NCBI GenBank assembly: GCA_964363225.1
Contig: CAYIIH010000002.1
Location: forward strand, 28,880-92,879
Direction of reading: 5' to 3'
DNA from: an uncultured Verrucomicrobiota bacterium
GTDB taxonomy: Bacteria > Verrucomicrobiota > Verrucomicrobiia > Limisphaerales > CAYIIH01
DNA length: 64,000 nucleotides
In this document: positions 60,345-64,000 of the stretch, in pieces
Layout: each line of letters opens with the position of its first letter
How positions within the stretch are numbered: the stretch's first letter is position 1
The notes under the pieces: model-generated
Database searches by the model: none
Told to the model about the DNA's origin: nothing
The model's input: the letters and a program-made list of their open reading frames with translations, nothing else
Translations under genes and position numbers: made by a program

Positions 60345-62496
60345 GGCGAGACTGCCGCGGCCTGAGTCCGGTTCCGGACCTGGTAATTGGGCAAATCGAC
60401 CTGCACCATCGTCCCCTTGCTCTCCTGACTTTCAATCGTCAGATTGCCATCGTGCAGATGAACGATTTTGCGGCAAATAGCCAACCCGAGTCCAAAGCCG
60501 CGCTGTTCGCTGCCCCGATCCTTGGTCGTAAAGTAAGGGATGAGAACCCGTTTCAAATTCTCGCGGCTGATGCCTTCTCCGTGATCGATGATTTGCAGCC
60601 GATACCACGCGCGGTCTGCGCTGCTGCGGACGAGATGAATCAGCCTGACCTCGATTTCGGATGCGGAGGGCGAGGCGTCAATGGCATTGGCCAGCAAGTT
60701 GGTGATCAACCGCTGGATCAAAACCGAATCCATCTCGATCTCGGCGGGCGGCATGCTGTGGCAGTGGATTGTCACCCCTTTTTGTCTGGCGCGCGGTTGA
60801 GCCAGCTCGGCGGCCTGCAGAGTGGTTTGAGCCAGGCAACCGATGGCAAACTGGGGCGTCTGCGTGTTGGAAAAAAAGAGGGCTTCCTTGATGTAGGCCC
60901 GGATGGTTTCGGCATTCAGGGTGACGATGGGCAGCAATTCAGCCGTGCCGGTTCCGGGCATAGCTTCCTCCCGGACCAACTGCAGGTAAGTCCAGATGGG
61001 CGTCATCAAATTATTCAAGTCATGCGCCATGCCCCGGGACATTAAGCCCAGCAAATCCATTTCCTGAGACAAGAGAATCTGGTTCTTGAGCCGAATTTGA
61101 TTGAGATGCAAGCTCAGGTTTTTGACCAGCGAAGTCAGCAGTTGCAAATCATGCGGCGTGAAGGGCTCGCCGCTGGCTTTTTCGCCGATCAAAAACAGCC
61201 CGAAAGGTTCGTCGTCCGAAAAAAGCGGAAAGCAGAACTCGGGATCAAAATCTTTAAATTGGTCCCGTGTCGCTCGCTCCAGATCAGTTTCGCCCGGCAT
61301 CGCGTAAGCGATTTTGAACGGCATATAATCGATCCGGGAATTCTGGAACAGCTTAAAGATAGGCGAATCCCCCTCAGCTTGGGCAATAGTGTTTCCGGCC
61401 GTTCCGGATGCGACCGGAACAGGGAAAAGGTCCGCATCTTCTCATCCAGGACAACGATCTGGTAACTGCGGACCTTGATGGTCTTGACCAGCAGATCGTG
61501 CAAACCATCCAGGAGGGAGGTGGAATCGGTGTACCATTGCATGGACTGCACGAAGCCCTGGATTTGGTCGTGGTACTCGAACCGGTCGCCCAGAATCCGC
61601 CGTTCCAAACGATCCACGCCGGTCCCAAACAGACGCGGGAAGAAAAATGAAGCAATCGCCGCGCTAAAGAGCAGGATGATCAAGGCGCTGGCAAAGGAAA
61701 ACGGCGTGAATTCCTCCCGGAAAAGCGTCGCGACAAAGGCCAGCAACACAAAACCGGTAAAAAACAGAAACAAAAGCCGGACGATGTGCGCGGCCCACTT
61801 GCTCAGGGTCACGTGCAAATCCAGCAACTGGTGCTGCAGCACGCTGTAGCCTACCACGATGACGTAAAACACCGCCCCGATATTCCCGAATGGATAAATC
61901 TTGATTTGAGTATAAGGATAATAATCGTAATCTAAAATCGGCAGGAGATCATTGGTCCCCAGCACCAACAAAATGGCATAGGCCAGCAACAAAGAGCGAA
62001 CGCGCTTGCGGTGCAGCGGCGCCAAATGCCGCTGCTTGTGGTAGAGCAACGTCATCGTGGCCGAAGTGGAAACGGCGTAGAGCACCAAATAGGCCCAGAA
62101 ACCCGGACCGGCCACGGAGTAATACGCGAAGCCAAAGTCGCGCACCCCCGCGATGAATCGCCCTGCAAACAAGCTGCCCAGCAAAGCAAAATGCAGCAGG
62201 TAAAGAATGGGTAACAACGGACCTATCGAAATCCGGGCAATGAGCAAGGTCAGATGAAGATTGCTGATCGGGAGCAGAATCACTCCGCACTGCAAAACAT
62301 AGGCCCAAAACAAAGCGTCCTCCGGATTCTGAGAGCGGGTGAGGAAGTAGGCCCCGAGGTTCCACGTCGTCACAGCGCTGCCCCACAAAAAATAAACCCG
62401 GTTCACCGTCGCACGCAAGTCGCGGCTCAGGACAAACAGAGTCAGGGCCAGGTTGCAGATGACGGCAATGAGCGGGGTTAACTCGGAGTATTTCAT
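60341..62496 (-). pseudogene. 7TM-type membrane sensor histidine kinase, frame broken by a 1-nt indel (or sequencing error)
   Basis: ATG 62496 (MKYSELTPLIAVICNL..., multiple TMs) has an ATGA overlap with the fabF stop. The frame shifts at the C5 (coding-strand G5) run 61369-61373. With G6 it would read ...LLPKLRGDSPIFKLFQNSRIDYMPFKIAYAMPGE... into ORF 60341..61324 (H-box MSRGMAHDLNNLM; HATPase DHGEGI...GFGLGLAI). Confidence 0.75.
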
Positions 62497-63773
62497 GGCC
62501 GGCCGTCGCAGGCTCGCAGGATTAAACAGGCATTCTTGCCCCCGAAACCGGCGCTCAAATTCATGGCCGTCCGCACGGGATAAGGACGAGGCTTTTGCGG
62601 AACGTAATCCAGATCGCAACCTTCCTCCGGCTCGGTCAGGTTGATCGTCGGTGGAATCTCCTGGTATTTGATGGCCAGGGCCGTGATGACGGTCTCCGCC
62701 GCGCCGGACGCTCCCATCATGTGTCCGGTGACCGGTTTGGTGGAACTGACCGCCAAACGGCTGGAATGCTCGCCGAAGACCGCTTTAATGGCTTTGGTTT
62801 CGATGGTGTCATTCATGAGCGTGGCCGAGCCATGCCCGTTGATGTAATCGATTTCCGCCGGATGAACGCGCGCGTCTCGCAACGCTTTTTGCATGGACCG
62901 CCGAAAACCGAGGCCATCCGGACGCGAATCGGTCGGATGGTACGCTTCGCAACTGCGTCCGTGCCCCAGGACTTCCGCATAAATCCTGGCCCCTCGGCTT
63001 AAGGCATGAGATAGTTCCTCCAGGATCAGGAAGGCCGCGCCTTCGCCAAGCAAAAACCCGTCGCGCGTGCGGTCGTAGGGCCGCATGGCTTCCCGGGGAG
63101 TTTCATTGCGGCGCGACATGACTTTGAGAAGGGAAAGCCCGGCGTACATCGGCTCGATCATCATATTGTCGGTAGCCCCTGCGACCATAACATCCACCTC
63201 ATCGTCGCGAATCATCCGCTGGGCGTAGCCGATGGCGTCATTGCCGGAAGCACATCCGGAGCAATAGGTTATGGCGTGTCCTTTGATGCCCAGGTGAAGC
63301 GCCAGGCGGCGGCTGCCCTCCCCGCAGTAGCCGTTCACCACCGTCAGCGGGCTGAGCAGCCGAAAACCATCATTGTCCACATAATTCTGGTAACCTTTCA
63401 AAACGCTCTCCATCGAACTGACGGTCGTCCCTTCCACCACACCGATTCGGTCCGGGTCCATTGCTTGGAAATCGATGGCGGCGTCCCTCACGGCCAGTGT
63501 GGCTGCCGCCAAAGCGTATTGGGTGGAAAGATCGCAACGCCGCGCCATTTTCGAATCCATATAGTGCCGGCTGTCGAAGCGCTTGACTTCAGCGGCAATT
63601 TTGTTCGGCAATTTGGCCGTGCTGAACTTGGTCACCGGCCCGGCGGCGCTCAGACCGTTGCGCACACTATGCCAGAAAGCCCCTAGGTCTTGTCCATTGG
63701 GCGCAATCACTCCCATGCCGGTGATAACGACGGAACGACGATACAATCCTGAATTCATCGGGATGGCGGCCAT
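62493..63773 (-). CDS. fabF: beta-ketoacyl-ACP synthase II-like (KAS family)
   Basis: VVITGMGVIAPNG, active-site region CSGCASGNDAIGYA, HGSATLMND, and STKPVTGHMMGASG. Confidence 0.85.
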   Translation of the reverse strand: MAAIPMNSGLYRRSVVITGMGVIAPNGQDLGAFWHSVRNGLSAAGPVTKFSTAKLPNKIAAEVKRFDSRHYMDSKMARRCDLSTQYALAAATLAVRDAAIDFQAMDPDRIGVVEGTTVSSMESVLKGYQNYVDNDGFRLLSPLTVVNGYCGEGSRRLALHLGIKGHAITYCSGCASGNDAIGYAQRMIRDDEVDVMVAGATDNMMIEPMYAGLSLLKVMSRRNETPREAMRPYDRTRDGFLLGEGAAFLILEELSHALSRGARIYAEVLGHGRSCEAYHPTDSRPDGLGFRRSMQKALRDARVHPAEIDYINGHGSATLMNDTIETKAIKAVFGEHSSRLAVSSTKPVTGHMMGASGAAETVITALAIKYQEIPPTINLTEPEEGCDLDYVPQKPRPYPVRTAMNLSAGFGGKNACLILRACDGRP

Positions 63774-64000
63774 TTGTACGGAAACAAGGCCGGTGTGGTT
63801 CGTTGGTAGGCGCGATAGGCCTCGCCAAATTTATCCACGAGGGCTGCTTCCTCCAGTTTCAGTCTCGCCAGCAACACCGGCACAAATAGAACAGGAATGA
63901 TCAGCAGCGAATAAAAGGCATTCAAAATCAAGCCGCCGGAAACGAGCTCCAAAAGCATCGAGAAGTAGGTCGGATGCCGCATCCATCGAAAAGGGCCGGC
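63755..64000 (-). CDS. isoprenylcysteine carboxyl methyltransferase (ICMT)/phospholipid methyltransferase family protein, C-terminal part (5' end beyond window)
   Basis: The frame is open to the window edge (...AGPFRWMRHPTYFSMLLEL...LEEAALVDKFGEAYRAYQRTTPALFP), which is the typical ICMT C-terminal motif set. Confidence 0.7.
   Translation of the reverse strand, partial: AGPFRWMRHPTYFSMLLELVSGGLILNAFYSLLIIPVLFVPVLLARLKLEEAALVDKFGEAYRAYQRTTPALFPYKWPPSR

Overview
This window is 64 kb of a high-GC bacterial chromosome, about 60% G+C by hand counts of a few lines. All calls come from reading the sequence and the ORF translations by eye; no searches were run. Taxonomy (inference only): the gene content suggests a PVC-superphylum, Verrucomicrobiota-like organism. 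Supporting features are TAT-signal Gfo/Idh/MocA and UxuA-like enzymes, DUF1080, ThuA-like and FGE-like proteins, a Rho with a long low-complexity N-terminus, and heptamer repeats that translate to IRNPQSA / SPITNHQ. Core genes: secA; System II cytochrome c biogenesis (resB, ccsA and a translationally coupled lipoprotein); rho; a single-ORF LMW-PTP/RpiB/SHMT fusion; purD; and a minus-strand purS-purQ-purL-purF-purM array. That array is interrupted by a toxin-antitoxin remnant, a small membrane ORF, palindromic repeats and in-frame heptamer-repeat inserts. Accessory content: two intact VapBC pairs, an antitoxin with a truncated VapC stub, an antitoxin with a truncated MazF stub, and a stand-alone TIR-domain ORF. 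Main hit: a lower-GC segment of about 5.3 kb (roughly 39.8-45.1 kb) carries a dndC-like gene, a dndD-like gene, and a DndE-like domain fused to a HerA/FtsK-type P-loop ATPase. No dndA, dndB or known phosphorothioate-dependent restriction genes are visible in the window. Right end: a co-directional cluster of ICMT, fabF, three sensor kinases and a FadL-like porin. Caveat: four genes are broken by single-base indels, all at short homopolymer runs, so assembly indel error must be excluded before calling them pseudogenes. No rRNA, tRNA, CRISPR array, integrase or transposase was recognised.
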